DNA from: a virus
Virus record (IMG/VR): IMGVR_UViG_3300008738_000302
DNA length: 64,000 nt
Direction: 5' to 3' (one strand)
The position numbers and the translations under genes were made by a program. Of this stretch, positions 25,140 to 34,765 are shown in pieces. The notes under the pieces are model-generated. The model ran no database searches. It worked only from the letters and a program-made list of their open reading frames with translations, and was not told the origin of the DNA. Position 1 is the stretch's first letter. Every line of letters starts with the position of its first letter.

Positions 25140-26362
25140 GTAAACCCACAAATTATATAGGTTATCACGTAGGTGATGTTGATGATGAATATGATGGTTC
25201 AGCTGAACATCCAAATTGGGAAGATATTTACAACAACTCAAATAAATTAGAATGTATCTTAGGTAATGAACCAATCTCATATCAAGCATTTGTTTATGAA
25301 TATGTATACGATTATGTAACTAATAATATGCAAAGAACCATAATAGAATATGGGACAAAAGAAGATATGTACAATTTAGAAAGAGATTTGCATAATAAGT
25401 TCGATGTGGCAAAATCAGAAAAGTATTTTAATTTAGTAAAAAGTGGTGGTGCATATAAGACAATCAAAGTAGATGACTTGGAAGAATTAAAAAAACGTAT
25501 TAAAAAAGGTGAATTTACAAAAAATAAAAAAGAAAAGATAGAAGATTTATATAATGAATTAATTCCAAAAAGACTTCAAAACAGAACATCAGAAGACGCT
25601 TCGTTTGTAAGGGATATTAGAGATGATATTAAATTTGAAGAGAGTACAGACTATTGTGAACCAATTAGAGTAAAAGTTAATATAGATGGTTCAAGAAAAA
25701 TGTTTGATGGTAACACTACTATTATGGCTGCTTATACTGCAAGAAAAAAGGTAAAAGATGGAAGCATTAGGGTAGATGAAATACCTTATGAGATTGCAAA
25801 GCTATATACAGATGATGAGTTTAACGAATTGGGTGTTTTATTAAATGAGAAACCAAAAGTAAGAAAACGACACGCTTCAAAAGAAGACGTTGCTAGTGTG
25901 ATATGGAAAAGATTTATGAATAATCATACACCAATCAAAGACAAAAAAAATAAAGAATATATTGTAAAGACTGGACATAGAACAACAGATATTTATAAAA
26001 TTGTTAATTCTTGGTTTCAAAAAGGTGGACAAGTTGGAACTTACATTAATTATCAACTTGAACATTACAAAAAGAAATTGGAAGAGGTGGTAAAAAATGC
26101 TACAAATTCTGAAACAAAAGTTTTTTCTTTTTCATCTGCTAAATTTAGAGACGAGGATGTAAATAAATGGTTAGGTGAAAACACTAATTATGGAAATAAA
26201 AAACCAGAAAAAAATAAACTATTAATAGTAATTTACCATTCTAATTCAGTAGCAGAAACTAAATGGGATGATGCTATGGCACAAAAGAAAAAAGAAATTA
26301 AGTATTTAGCCAGATTAACAGGTGTTAATTTTATTGGTTTTAAATATATGGATACACAATAA
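25136..26362 (+). CDS. GIY-YIG(Seg)-like N-terminal domain fused to ParB/Srx-like domain
   Basis: YIGYHVG....Y.GS...RTIIEYGT...LE..LH...KYFNL; central EPIRV...MFDGNTTIMAA. Confidence 0.5.
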   Translation: MSKPTNYIGYHVGDVDDEYDGSAEHPNWEDIYNNSNKLECILGNEPISYQAFVYEYVYDYVTNNMQRTIIEYGTKEDMYNLERDLHNKFDVAKSEKYFNLVKSGGAYKTIKVDDLEELKKRIKKGEFTKNKKEKIEDLYNELIPKRLQNRTSEDASFVRDIRDDIKFEESTDYCEPIRVKVNIDGSRKMFDGNTTIMAAYTARKKVKDGSIRVDEIPYEIAKLYTDDEFNELGVLLNEKPKVRKRHASKEDVASVIWKRFMNNHTPIKDKKNKEYIVKTGHRTTDIYKIVNSWFQKGGQVGTYINYQLEHYKKKLEEVVKNATNSETKVFSFSSAKFRDEDVNKWLGENTNYGNKKPEKNKLLIVIYHSNSVAETKWDDAMAQKKKEIKYLARLTGVNFIGFKYMDTQ

Positions 26363-26378
26363 TAATAAAGGTTACAAT

Positions 26379-27170
26379 ATGAAACAACTTACAGCAGAAC
26401 AAATCCAAGAGAATTGGATTGCACTTCTAAATTTAATAAAAGATACATTTGAAGGTGAACGACTTGAAAAGTTGTTAAAAATGTATGAGTATTTTGAAGA
26501 GAGAATGATAGTAGCGCCAGCAAGTGGTAAAGAACATTATCACAATGCACACGTTGGTGGTTATGTAGAACACGTCATTCATGTTACAGATTTGGCAGTG
26601 AAGTTAAGAAAAATGTGGGAAGCAGAAGGGGCTACAATAGATTTTACAGAAGAAGAAGTTATCTTTGCAGCTTTACATCACGACTTAGGTAAAGTAGGTG
26701 ATATGGATAATGATTACTATGTACCACAAGATTCAGAGTGGCATAGAAAAAATCGTGGTGAAATCTTTACACATAATGGTCAACTATCTTATATGACAGT
26801 TACAGATAGAGCCATTTTCTTGTTGAATCAGTTTGGTATCACAATGAGTGAAAATGAATACATTGGTTTAAGACTTACTGATGGTTTGTATGAAGAAGCT
26901 AATAAAAACTATTATATTAGTTGGAATCCTGATTGGGCATTGAAGTCTAATATAGCATATGTACTTCATGCAGCAGATAGTATGGCTACTCATATTGAAT
27001 ATGATGTGTGGAAACGTGGTGATATAGAAGAAGTTGAAGCTAAACAGGAAAAATTAACTTCATTAAAGAAAGCATTGACGGTTGATGATAATGAAAAGAA
27101 ACCACAATCGCCTGAATTATCAAAAAAATCTCAAGATTTATTTGATGAACTATTTGGAGATAAAAAATGA
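26379..27170 (+). CDS. HD-domain phosphohydrolase
   Basis: GGYVEHVIHV, LHHDLGKVG, LHAAD; ATG 26379 after AAAGG. Confidence 0.8.
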   Translation: MKQLTAEQIQENWIALLNLIKDTFEGERLEKLLKMYEYFEERMIVAPASGKEHYHNAHVGGYVEHVIHVTDLAVKLRKMWEAEGATIDFTEEEVIFAALHHDLGKVGDMDNDYYVPQDSEWHRKNRGEIFTHNGQLSYMTVTDRAIFLLNQFGITMSENEYIGLRLTDGLYEEANKNYYISWNPDWALKSNIAYVLHAADSMATHIEYDVWKRGDIEEVEAKQEKLTSLKKALTVDDNEKKPQSPELSKKSQDLFDELFGDKK

Positions 27171-27451
27171 TTATAGAAATATTATTAGGAATATTCGTTA
27201 CTGCATTTTTAACTAGCTGTTTTACTATTTGGAATCTAATGAAAAAACAAGAGCTAACAGAAGATTGGTTAATAGCTGTAGAAAATAGATTAACAAATAT
27301 AATTACTGAAACTAAAGACATAGATGAAAAAGGTATGTTTGAAGCAGATGATGAAGTTGGATCTATTTTTGAACAAATTAATACACTAATACAAACATTA
27401 AATGATTTTGTAACAATAGAAGGGGAAGAGGAAGACAATGCCAGTAGTTAA
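27167..27451 (+). CDS. Membrane-anchored hypothetical protein
   Basis: N-terminal TM, acidic C-terminus. Confidence 0.55.
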   Translation: MIIEILLGIFVTAFLTSCFTIWNLMKKQELTEDWLIAVENRLTNIITETKDIDEKGMFEADDEVGSIFEQINTLIQTLNDFVTIEGEEEDNASS

Positions 27452-28169
27452 AAAGAAAAAGAGGAAAATGTATTTTGGACAAGTAACTGAAGATGCTATC
27501 GTAAGATATAATAAATCAGAAGATCCTATTTTAAGAAATACAATTTATAATGACTATATTCGAAAACCATTTGAGAAATTGGCAGAGAATATCATCCACA
27601 CTTTTAAGTTTTATTACTTTGATGTTCCAAGTGAAGATGTAAAACATGAAGTAGTTTCATTTCTTGTTATGAATATGCACAAATATAAAGAGGGTAAAGG
27701 AAAAGCATTTTCTTACTTCAGTATTGTTGCTAAGAATTATTTAATTCTACATAACAATAATAATTACAAAAAAATGAAAGCTACCGATGATCTAGATGTT
27801 TTAGATTTTTCAAGAAACATTAGTAGTGAGCAAGAACAAAAAGTAGTTAAAGATTACTATGAAGTTTTCTTTGATGAAATGTTAGAGTATTGGGATGTTC
27901 ATCTTACAGAATTATTTAAACGCAAAAAAGATTTAAATGTTGCTGATTCTGTAATTTATTTGTTTAAGAATAGAGATAACATAGAAAACTTTAATAAGAA
28001 AGCTTTGTATATCTTGATCAGAGAACGAACAGGTTCTAATACTCAACATATTACTAGAGTAATAAATCAAATGAAAAAACAATATACTAAGATGCAAAAA
28101 GTATTTCAAGCATCAGGTTCTGTTACTAATATGACTACGGGATCGTATATGAATGTTTTATTTTCTTAA
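27438..28169 (+). CDS. Phage RNA polymerase sigma factor (T4 gp55-like late sigma)
   Basis: YFGQ..EDAIVRYN, PFEKLAENII, EDVKHEVVSFL, KGKAFSYFSIVAKNY (region-2-like AFSYF). Confidence 0.65.
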   Translation: MPVVKKKKRKMYFGQVTEDAIVRYNKSEDPILRNTIYNDYIRKPFEKLAENIIHTFKFYYFDVPSEDVKHEVVSFLVMNMHKYKEGKGKAFSYFSIVAKNYLILHNNNNYKKMKATDDLDVLDFSRNISSEQEQKVVKDYYEVFFDEMLEYWDVHLTELFKRKKDLNVADSVIYLFKNRDNIENFNKKALYILIRERTGSNTQHITRVINQMKKQYTKMQKVFQASGSVTNMTTGSYMNVLFS

Positions 28170-28188
28170 TTAGAGAATAACATATAAT

Positions 28189-28217
28189 AAAAAAGGGGAC
28201 CACATGGTCCCCTTTTT
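28189..28217. terminator. Bidirectional intrinsic terminator
   Basis: A6-GGGGACC-ACAT-GGTCCCC-T5 between convergent genes. Confidence 0.85.
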
Positions 28218-28258
28218 ATGTGTCCTATATTTGTAGGAAATATAAGACGTATTCCGTC

Positions 28259-28480
28259 CTACTTGCGGAATAAACCCACCAACACCAATAAGGCGACAAG
28301 TCCAGCGAAACCAGACTCGCCAAACGTATTTATGATGGATGTCAGGTTACCTATAACATTCACACCAAAGACACCTGTTCCAAATATTACTTCAGAAACA
28401 GCACCTATGGCGACAAAAGACATGAGTAAATGAGCTAAGTCATCAACCCACCCTTTAACTTGTGTTATGATTTCCTTCAT
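28259..28480 (-). CDS. Small multi-TM membrane protein (73 aa; holin- or toxin-like)
   Basis: MKEIITQVKGWVDDLAHLLMSFVAIGAVSEVIFG...GFAGLVALLVLVGLFRK; GGGAG RBS 7 nt upstream of ATG 28480. Confidence 0.7.
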   Translation of the reverse strand: MKEIITQVKGWVDDLAHLLMSFVAIGAVSEVIFGTGVFGVNVIGNLTSIINTFGESGFAGLVALLVLVGLFRK

Positions 28481-28502
28481 CGGTTTTCTCCCGTTAGTTA
28501 AC

Positions 28503-28540
28503 AAAAAAAAGGTTGCTCAGTTGGAATAACCAAGCAACCT
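28503..28540 (-). terminator. Terminator-like hairpin in the leader of the minus-strand gene
   Basis: 8-bp stem 28510-28517/28533-28540 with an inner 3-bp helix, followed on the minus strand by a U run ending 23 nt before the ATG. Confidence 0.55.
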
Positions 28541-28644
28541 CTACAATAACTATGTAAAATCTTATAATTTTATATTTATATAATGAAACATCTTTTGGAA
28601 ATTACAATAGGTTAAATCTTAACTGAATATAAAACGGAGTTTAA

Positions 28645-29034
28645 ATGGCTACAGATTATGAAGTATTTGAAGGTAAATCTCTATCTGACGTATTCAAAGA
28701 TATTTACGACAATACTGAGAAAAATAGAAAGCAATTAGATGTATTAACAAGGGAACTTGTATCCTTTATTAAAGATGGTGATACTGCAGTTCAAATTGTT
28801 CCTATGTTAAAAGAATACCTCGAAATCAACGTAAAAAATGATGATCAGTTGGTTAAAATAGCAGGTATAGTTCAAAGATTAATTGCAGCAGATGGAAAAG
28901 TTGGCTCTGAAGATGCCTTTGCATTATCAGATACAGAGAAAGAACAGTTAATGAAAGCTGTAGAGTCTACCGTAGAAGATGTACAAAAATATTCTGATAA
29001 AATTTCGACGGAAATAAATTCATTGGAAGATTAA
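28645..29034 (+). CDS. Conserved hypothetical phage protein opening the structural operon
   Basis: GGAG RBS; ATATTTATA upstream; helical acidic protein. Confidence 0.6.
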   Translation: MATDYEVFEGKSLSDVFKDIYDNTEKNRKQLDVLTRELVSFIKDGDTAVQIVPMLKEYLEINVKNDDQLVKIAGIVQRLIAADGKVGSEDAFALSDTEKEQLMKAVESTVEDVQKYSDKISTEINSLED

Positions 29035-30456
29035 ATGTCTAAAATCACAATACCTGATAGCTTACTATCACAAGTTGGATATACAAATATCTATGACGTT
29101 GATAATCAGGTTAGAAAAATATTAACACCAGTTGTTAATCAAATCAATTCTTTATTTAGTCAAACAGCTGGAGAGTTGGCTGAAGTAAGAGAAGTGTATG
29201 CTATTGAGAATCAACTACCATTAACTGAAGAAGGTTTACCAAATTATAAATTACTTGGTGCAATAAAAATACGAACTGTTTTACAAGATCAATATTTAAG
29301 TGAAGAAGAATTACCTATAGCCGTACCATTAGATCCTAATATTAAAAGTTTTCCTGTAAAAGGAGAATATGTTTTTGTTGAAAGTATTTTTGGAGATAAG
29401 TTTTATTCGAGAAGAATAAATATACACAATAATCCTAATAACTCATCACATACAGGATTAAGTAGCAAGTTTAGTATAAGTTCTAAAAACAGTTCAGATA
29501 AGAAAACATTAGAGACTGCTAATACGGGAATAGCAAAAAATGTAGATGATGCTGAAGTAATTCCATTAGGAGACTTTTTTCAATCTGATTTTAATTTTAG
29601 ACAGTTAATTCCAAACGAAGGTGATGTAATTGTAAGTGGTAGATTTGGAAATTCTGTTAGGTTGGGTAGTAATATTGTAAATGGGGTTCAAAATTCGCCA
29701 AATGTAAAATTGAGAGCAGGACAATTACAAGATGCTGTAAAATTTGATGAAGAAGGTTTGGTAGAATCTTTAAATGAATCACGTTTTGTACCTGTAACAG
29801 AAAATATAAATTCTGATGGATCTTCATTGTGGATGACTACTGATGAAGTTATTCCATTAAAACCTGCTACATTCGATTCCACAGATTTCTATTTATCTAC
29901 AGTAAAGGAAAAGGATAGAATTGAAGAGTTTGGTGGTAAGCAAGTTGTATTGAATTCTGGTAGATTGATATTTAATAGTAAGGAAAGTGGAATATATGGA
30001 TTTAGTAATGGGCCAGTAGAGATATCTACCTTAAATGGTTTTGGTATATCTGCTCAGCAATATGTAGATATTAACAGTCCAATAATAGAATTTGGTAGAG
30101 GTGAAGAAAAAACCAAAGCAGTTAATGTTAGAACAGTTAATTTTGATGTTGAGAATACAAAAGGTTACTCTACATTAGCAAGTAAAGGAATACGTTTAGG
30201 GCAGGGAAATTATGAACCTGCTGTAAAAGGAAATGAATTACAGGATATACTTACTGATATGATGGATACTATAAGTGATTTAGCATCAGCAGTAACTACG
30301 ATAGCAGTAACACCTATTACGATTCCTGTATTAGTAACACCAACACCACAAGCATATGCATCTGAAGCAGCAAAAACTGCACAGGTCATGAGTTTATTAG
30401 CAGGGTTACAGATTAAGTTAAATAGAATGTTAAGTCGTGTGGTTGAAGTAGAATAA
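29035..30456 (+). CDS. Putative baseplate hub/spike-associated protein
   Basis: EGDVIVSGRFGNSVRLGS, C-terminal beta-rich region with PAVKGNEL; lies just upstream of gp25/gp6. Confidence 0.45.
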   Translation: MSKITIPDSLLSQVGYTNIYDVDNQVRKILTPVVNQINSLFSQTAGELAEVREVYAIENQLPLTEEGLPNYKLLGAIKIRTVLQDQYLSEEELPIAVPLDPNIKSFPVKGEYVFVESIFGDKFYSRRINIHNNPNNSSHTGLSSKFSISSKNSSDKKTLETANTGIAKNVDDAEVIPLGDFFQSDFNFRQLIPNEGDVIVSGRFGNSVRLGSNIVNGVQNSPNVKLRAGQLQDAVKFDEEGLVESLNESRFVPVTENINSDGSSLWMTTDEVIPLKPATFDSTDFYLSTVKEKDRIEEFGGKQVVLNSGRLIFNSKESGIYGFSNGPVEISTLNGFGISAQQYVDINSPIIEFGRGEEKTKAVNVRTVNFDVENTKGYSTLASKGIRLGQGNYEPAVKGNELQDILTDMMDTISDLASAVTTIAVTPITIPVLVTPTPQAYASEAAKTAQVMSLLAGLQIKLNRMLSRVVEVE

Positions 30457-30471
30457 AACAAGAGGTATAAA

Positions 30472-30960
30472 ATGAAGAAATCAGATCTCATTAAAGTTAT
30501 AAGAAAAATAGTTAGTGAAGAGGTTAAAAAAGAAGTAAATAAGATATTTATTAAAGAGAATAAGTCAATATCTGAAAAAACGTTCAAAGAACCTATCAGA
30601 AAACAATATAAAACTAAACCTAAGAAAAAAGTTCGTTATACATCAAATGAATCTTTAAATAAGGTTTTGAATGAAACTGTTGGTGGACTTCCACAAGAAG
30701 GTGGAATGATGAGCGGAGCAAGTATATCTGAAGAAGAATATCCTGATATGGGTGGTAAACAATATACTACACAAAATATGGCTGATGTTTTAGGTTATGG
30801 TGATATAGTATCAGCAGATCCACAACATGGTAGAGATAAACTAGCAGCACAAACTTTAGCAGAAAAAGGTGTAACACCTGATCAAGTAGGTGATGGTGTT
30901 GTAAAAGCACTCACAAGAGATTATAGTGGTTTAATGAAAGTAATGAATAAGGGTAAATAA
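30472..30960 (+). CDS. Hypothetical virion-associated protein
   Basis: Position in the baseplate operon. Confidence 0.55.
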   Translation: MKKSDLIKVIRKIVSEEVKKEVNKIFIKENKSISEKTFKEPIRKQYKTKPKKKVRYTSNESLNKVLNETVGGLPQEGGMMSGASISEEEYPDMGGKQYTTQNMADVLGYGDIVSADPQHGRDKLAAQTLAEKGVTPDQVGDGVVKALTRDYSGLMKVMNKGK

Positions 30961-31367
30961 TGTCATCTATAGCAAACGATTTAAATCCTGATACCTTTGT
31001 AGGTTTATCTTTTCCATTAGGAAGAGATACATCAGGAACTTGGTTTAAAAGGCACAAGACTCTTTTAGAACAAGCTAGAGATAATTTAAAAAATTTGTTA
31101 TTAACTAATGTTGGAGAAAGACCAGCTCAGCCAGAATTTGGTTCTCGACTATTATCAGTTGTTTTTGAGTTTAAAGATGATAGTTTAATTGAAGAAGTTA
31201 TAAATGAAGCAGTAGATAGATGGCTACCTTATATTAATATAAAAGCAATAAATACTACAGTAGAACCAAGAAATCCAAATCAACTTAATGTTGAAATAAA
31301 ATTCGGAGTAACTACTGATCCTGAAGCAACGGAACAAATTACATTAGATTTTGCTCAAGGTGAATAG
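30960..31367 (+). CDS. Baseplate wedge protein, T4 gp25-like
   Basis: NLKNLLLTNVGERPAQPEFGSRLLSVVFE...INEAVDRWLPYINI. Confidence 0.85.
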   Translation: MSSIANDLNPDTFVGLSFPLGRDTSGTWFKRHKTLLEQARDNLKNLLLTNVGERPAQPEFGSRLLSVVFEFKDDSLIEEVINEAVDRWLPYINIKAINTTVEPRNPNQLNVEIKFGVTTDPEATEQITLDFAQGE

Positions 31368-31377
31368 GAGAATATAA

Positions 31378-33057
31378 ATGCCAACAAATACCGTAGGGCC
31401 AAAAACAGATATTAGCAAAGATGTTAAATATCTTAATAAAGATTTTCAAGGATTTAGAAATGATTTGATAGAATTTGCTAAAACTTATTTTCCAACAAGT
31501 TATACGGATTTTAATGAATCAAGTCCTGGAATGATGTTTATAGAAATGGCAGCTTATATTGGTGATGTTCTTTCTTATTATGTAGATAATCAATTTAAAG
31601 AATCTTTAATGGCATATGCTGAAGAAAAAAGAACTATATTGGATATAGCACAATCTTTAGGATATAAACCAAAAATTAGTTATCCATCATTTGTAACTTT
31701 AGATGTTTATCAAACTGTACCAGCTGTTGGTGCTGCAGATGCTGTTAGACCAAATATGAATTATGCTTTAACTGTTAAAAGTAATACGAGAGCAAAATCA
31801 GTTACTACAGGAAAAACTTTTAGATTTTTAGATGATGTTAATTTTAAATATTCAAGTTCTTACGATTCTACTACAGTTTCTATTTTTGAAACAAATAGTA
31901 ATGTTCCTACAAAATATTTGTTAAAGAAAAGAGTTAGGGCTGTTAGTGGTGAAATAAAAGAAGAATTGTTTACTTTCGTAACAGCAGTTAAGTATGATAA
32001 AGTAGTATTATCTAATCCAAAAGTTATTGATATAATTTCAGTAACCGATAGTGATGGAAACTTATGGTATGAAGTTCCTTTCTTAGCACAAGATACAATA
32101 TATGATGAAGTGGAGAATGTATCAGCAAATGATTCTGATTTAACTCAATATAATGATACTGCACCTTATCTATTAAAGTTAAGAAAGACACCACGAAGAT
32201 TTACAACATATGTTAGAGATGATAATAGAACTGAGTTAAGATTTGGTGCAGGTGTTTCGGATAATCCTGATGAGGAGATAGTTCCAAATCCAGATAACGT
32301 TGGTTCTAGTTTACCAGGAGGTGTTTCAAAATTAGACCAAGCGTTTGATCCAGCAAACTTTCTTAATACAAGAACTTATGGATTAGCACCAGCCAACACA
32401 ACATTGACAATTAAGTATACTGTAGGTGGTGGTATCGAAGATAATGTTTTTTCTAATGATATTAAAAATTTAAGTGATATTTCATATGAAATAGACGAAT
32501 CTAATTTAGTAGCTGGTACTGTTACACAAGTTAAAGAATCTGTAGCAGTTAACAATCCTGATCCTGCTACAGGTGGTAGATCGGGTGAATCATTGACTGA
32601 AATTAAACAAAATTCTTTAGCATATTTTCAAGCACAAAGTAGAGCAGTTACGAAAGAGGATTATATGGTAAGAGCATTATCATTACCACAAAGATTTGGG
32701 AACATAGCAAAAGTATATCTTGTTCAAGATGAACAACTAAATCAATCTGAAGAACAAGTTCAAGAGCCAGAAGTTAGTGTACAAGATGCAGCACCAGCAC
32801 TTGAACAACAAATTGAAGAAATTTCACCTATAAGACAAGTTAAAGCAGACATGAAATCTGCAGCAGCTACACCAGCTTTAGAATCACCTGTTAAAGTTAG
32901 AAAAACTATAGCAAAAGCTAGAAAAGTATCACGTTCACAGAAAGTTCAAGCAAGAAAAGGTAAAGGTAGACCTGCTAGTAATATAAGAAAAGGTGGAATT
33001 AGTCGTGGTCGTCCAATGTCAGATAAAGGTGCAACAAAAGGTAAAAGGGGAGGATAG
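31378..33057 (+). CDS. Baseplate wedge protein, T4 gp6-like, N-terminal part
   Basis: YLNKDFQGFRNDLIEFAKTYFP, SSPGMMFIEMAAYIGDVLSYY, RAVTKEDY; ends in an acidic-then-basic low-complexity tail. Confidence 0.8.
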   Translation: MPTNTVGPKTDISKDVKYLNKDFQGFRNDLIEFAKTYFPTSYTDFNESSPGMMFIEMAAYIGDVLSYYVDNQFKESLMAYAEEKRTILDIAQSLGYKPKISYPSFVTLDVYQTVPAVGAADAVRPNMNYALTVKSNTRAKSVTTGKTFRFLDDVNFKYSSSYDSTTVSIFETNSNVPTKYLLKKRVRAVSGEIKEELFTFVTAVKYDKVVLSNPKVIDIISVTDSDGNLWYEVPFLAQDTIYDEVENVSANDSDLTQYNDTAPYLLKLRKTPRRFTTYVRDDNRTELRFGAGVSDNPDEEIVPNPDNVGSSLPGGVSKLDQAFDPANFLNTRTYGLAPANTTLTIKYTVGGGIEDNVFSNDIKNLSDISYEIDESNLVAGTVTQVKESVAVNNPDPATGGRSGESLTEIKQNSLAYFQAQSRAVTKEDYMVRALSLPQRFGNIAKVYLVQDEQLNQSEEQVQEPEVSVQDAAPALEQQIEEISPIRQVKADMKSAAATPALESPVKVRKTIAKARKVSRSQKVQARKGKGRPASNIRKGGISRGRPMSDKGATKGKRGG

Positions 33058-33626
33058 TGGCAACAAAAAAACAAGCATCAAGAATACCTAATCCATTAGC
33101 ATTGAATATGTATGTGTTAGGATATGATGCAAATAAAAAATTAACAAATTTAAATCAAGCCGTTAAAGAAAATTTACAAACTTATCTTGGTCAATACAGA
33201 ATGGTTACTGATGCGATTAATATTAAAAACGCTTATGTAATAAACATTGGTGTTCAGTTTAGTATTATGACAAGAGCAAATTATAATAAGAGTGAAGTTT
33301 TATTAAGATCTATTCAAACAGTTAAAACATTTTTTGATATTGATAGGTGGCAAGTAAATCAACCAATTATATTATCAGATTTAGTTTATCAATTAAGTTT
33401 AGTAGATGGTGTAGCATCAGTAGTTCCACCTGTAGAAGATAATTCACAATCTCTGCCAATTGTAATAAAAAACAAATATAAAGTAGCAAATGGTTATTCT
33501 GGTAATCTATATGATATGGCTGCAGCTACAAAGAATGGTGTTATTTATCCATCATTAGATCCTTCAATTTTTGAATTAAAATATCCATCTACAGATATTG
33601 AAGGTAGGGTAGTAGGAGATCAATAA
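33057..33626 (+). CDS. Baseplate wedge gp6-like, C-terminal part
   Basis: NPLALNMYVLGYD...NLQTYLGQYRMVTDAINIKNAYVINIGV...VIYPSLDPSIFELKYP; GTG start overlaps the upstream TAG. Confidence 0.7.
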   Translation: MATKKQASRIPNPLALNMYVLGYDANKKLTNLNQAVKENLQTYLGQYRMVTDAINIKNAYVINIGVQFSIMTRANYNKSEVLLRSIQTVKTFFDIDRWQVNQPIILSDLVYQLSLVDGVASVVPPVEDNSQSLPIVIKNKYKVANGYSGNLYDMAAATKNGVIYPSLDPSIFELKYPSTDIEGRVVGDQ

Positions 33627-34765
33627 TGAATTATTTTGAATTTGCTACAGCAGACGCAACATTATATGAGGGTGAAGCAACCCAATCAGTAAACACAGGT
33701 TTAGATCCTATACTTGAAGTTCGTAAAGATATGAATGATTCGGGGACAGTAATTGCTGTTTCTCGTGCTTTAATTAAATTTGATTTATCATATATTAAAA
33801 GTTCAGTAACAAATGGTTTAATACCAAAAAGTGCAAAGTATTATTTAAATTTATATGATGCAGGTTCTTCAGAATTACCATCATCACAAACACTTTATGG
33901 TTATCCCGTAAGTCAATCATGGGTACAAGGAGATGGAACTTATGGTGATAATCCAAAAACAACTGAAGGTGTTAGTTGGAGATATCGTGATGGAGAAACA
34001 TCAGGTACACAATGGATTTTGTCAAGTAATGATACGGGTGGAACTTGGTTTAGTGGTAGTTATGCAGGTGGAACAAGAAACTTAACTTGTTCTGCTTCTT
34101 TATCATACGAAACTACAGATATTAGAATGGATGTAACTGATATTGTTCATGGTTGGATATATAGTAGTTCTGCTTTTCCAAATGAAGGATTTATGATAAA
34201 GAGAAGTGGTAGTGTAGGAAATGCAAATTCAAGTGTAGATGAAGGAAGTACTACTGCTTTTGGACAATTAAAATTCTTTTCAAGAGACACATCTACAATT
34301 TATCCGCCAAAGTTAGAAGCAGAATGGAATAGTAGCGCTTGGAGTACAGGTTCTTTAGCACCACTTACAGGTTCTGCATTAGAAGATACTGTAGTTTATT
34401 TTACAGGAATGAGAGGTGAATATAAACAAAACAGTAAAATTAAATTTAAACTTGTAGGAAGAGAAAGATATCCTAAGAAAACATTTTCTACAACTTCTCA
34501 AAATTTAGTTGTAAAACATTTTCCAAGTGCTAGTGTTTGGTTTTCTGTTAAAGACGCTTTGACAGAAGATGTAATAATTCCATTTGGAACAGGATCGTAT
34601 ATATCATGTGATTCTTCAGGACATTATTTTAATATGTGGATGAATGGACTTCAAGCAGAAAGATATTATAAGTTTGAAATAAAAGTTCAGAGTGGTTCAA
34701 AAACAGATGCTAATCAAATTGTAAATTATTATGATGATGATTGGACATTTAAAGTGGTTAGATAA
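33626..34765 (+). CDS. Virion structural protein with DNRLRE-like domain
   Basis: ADATLYE...NTGLDPILEV, SRALIKFD, NEGFMIK, LKFFSRDT.TIYPPKLE..W. Confidence 0.55.
   Translation: MNYFEFATADATLYEGEATQSVNTGLDPILEVRKDMNDSGTVIAVSRALIKFDLSYIKSSVTNGLIPKSAKYYLNLYDAGSSELPSSQTLYGYPVSQSWVQGDGTYGDNPKTTEGVSWRYRDGETSGTQWILSSNDTGGTWFSGSYAGGTRNLTCSASLSYETTDIRMDVTDIVHGWIYSSSAFPNEGFMIKRSGSVGNANSSVDEGSTTAFGQLKFFSRDTSTIYPPKLEAEWNSSAWSTGSLAPLTGSALEDTVVYFTGMRGEYKQNSKIKFKLVGRERYPKKTFSTTSQNLVVKHFPSASVWFSVKDALTEDVIIPFGTGSYISCDSSGHYFNMWMNGLQAERYYKFEIKVQSGSKTDANQIVNYYDDDWTFKVVR

Noticed and set aside
32950-33054. Histone-like or ribosomal protein in the basic gp6 tail
   Set aside because: It is only low-complexity K/R/G composition with no family motif.
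33049-33062. TAG read-through or alternative genetic code joining the gp6 halves
   Set aside because: The downstream part is in a different frame, and TAG and TGA both act as normal stops elsewhere.
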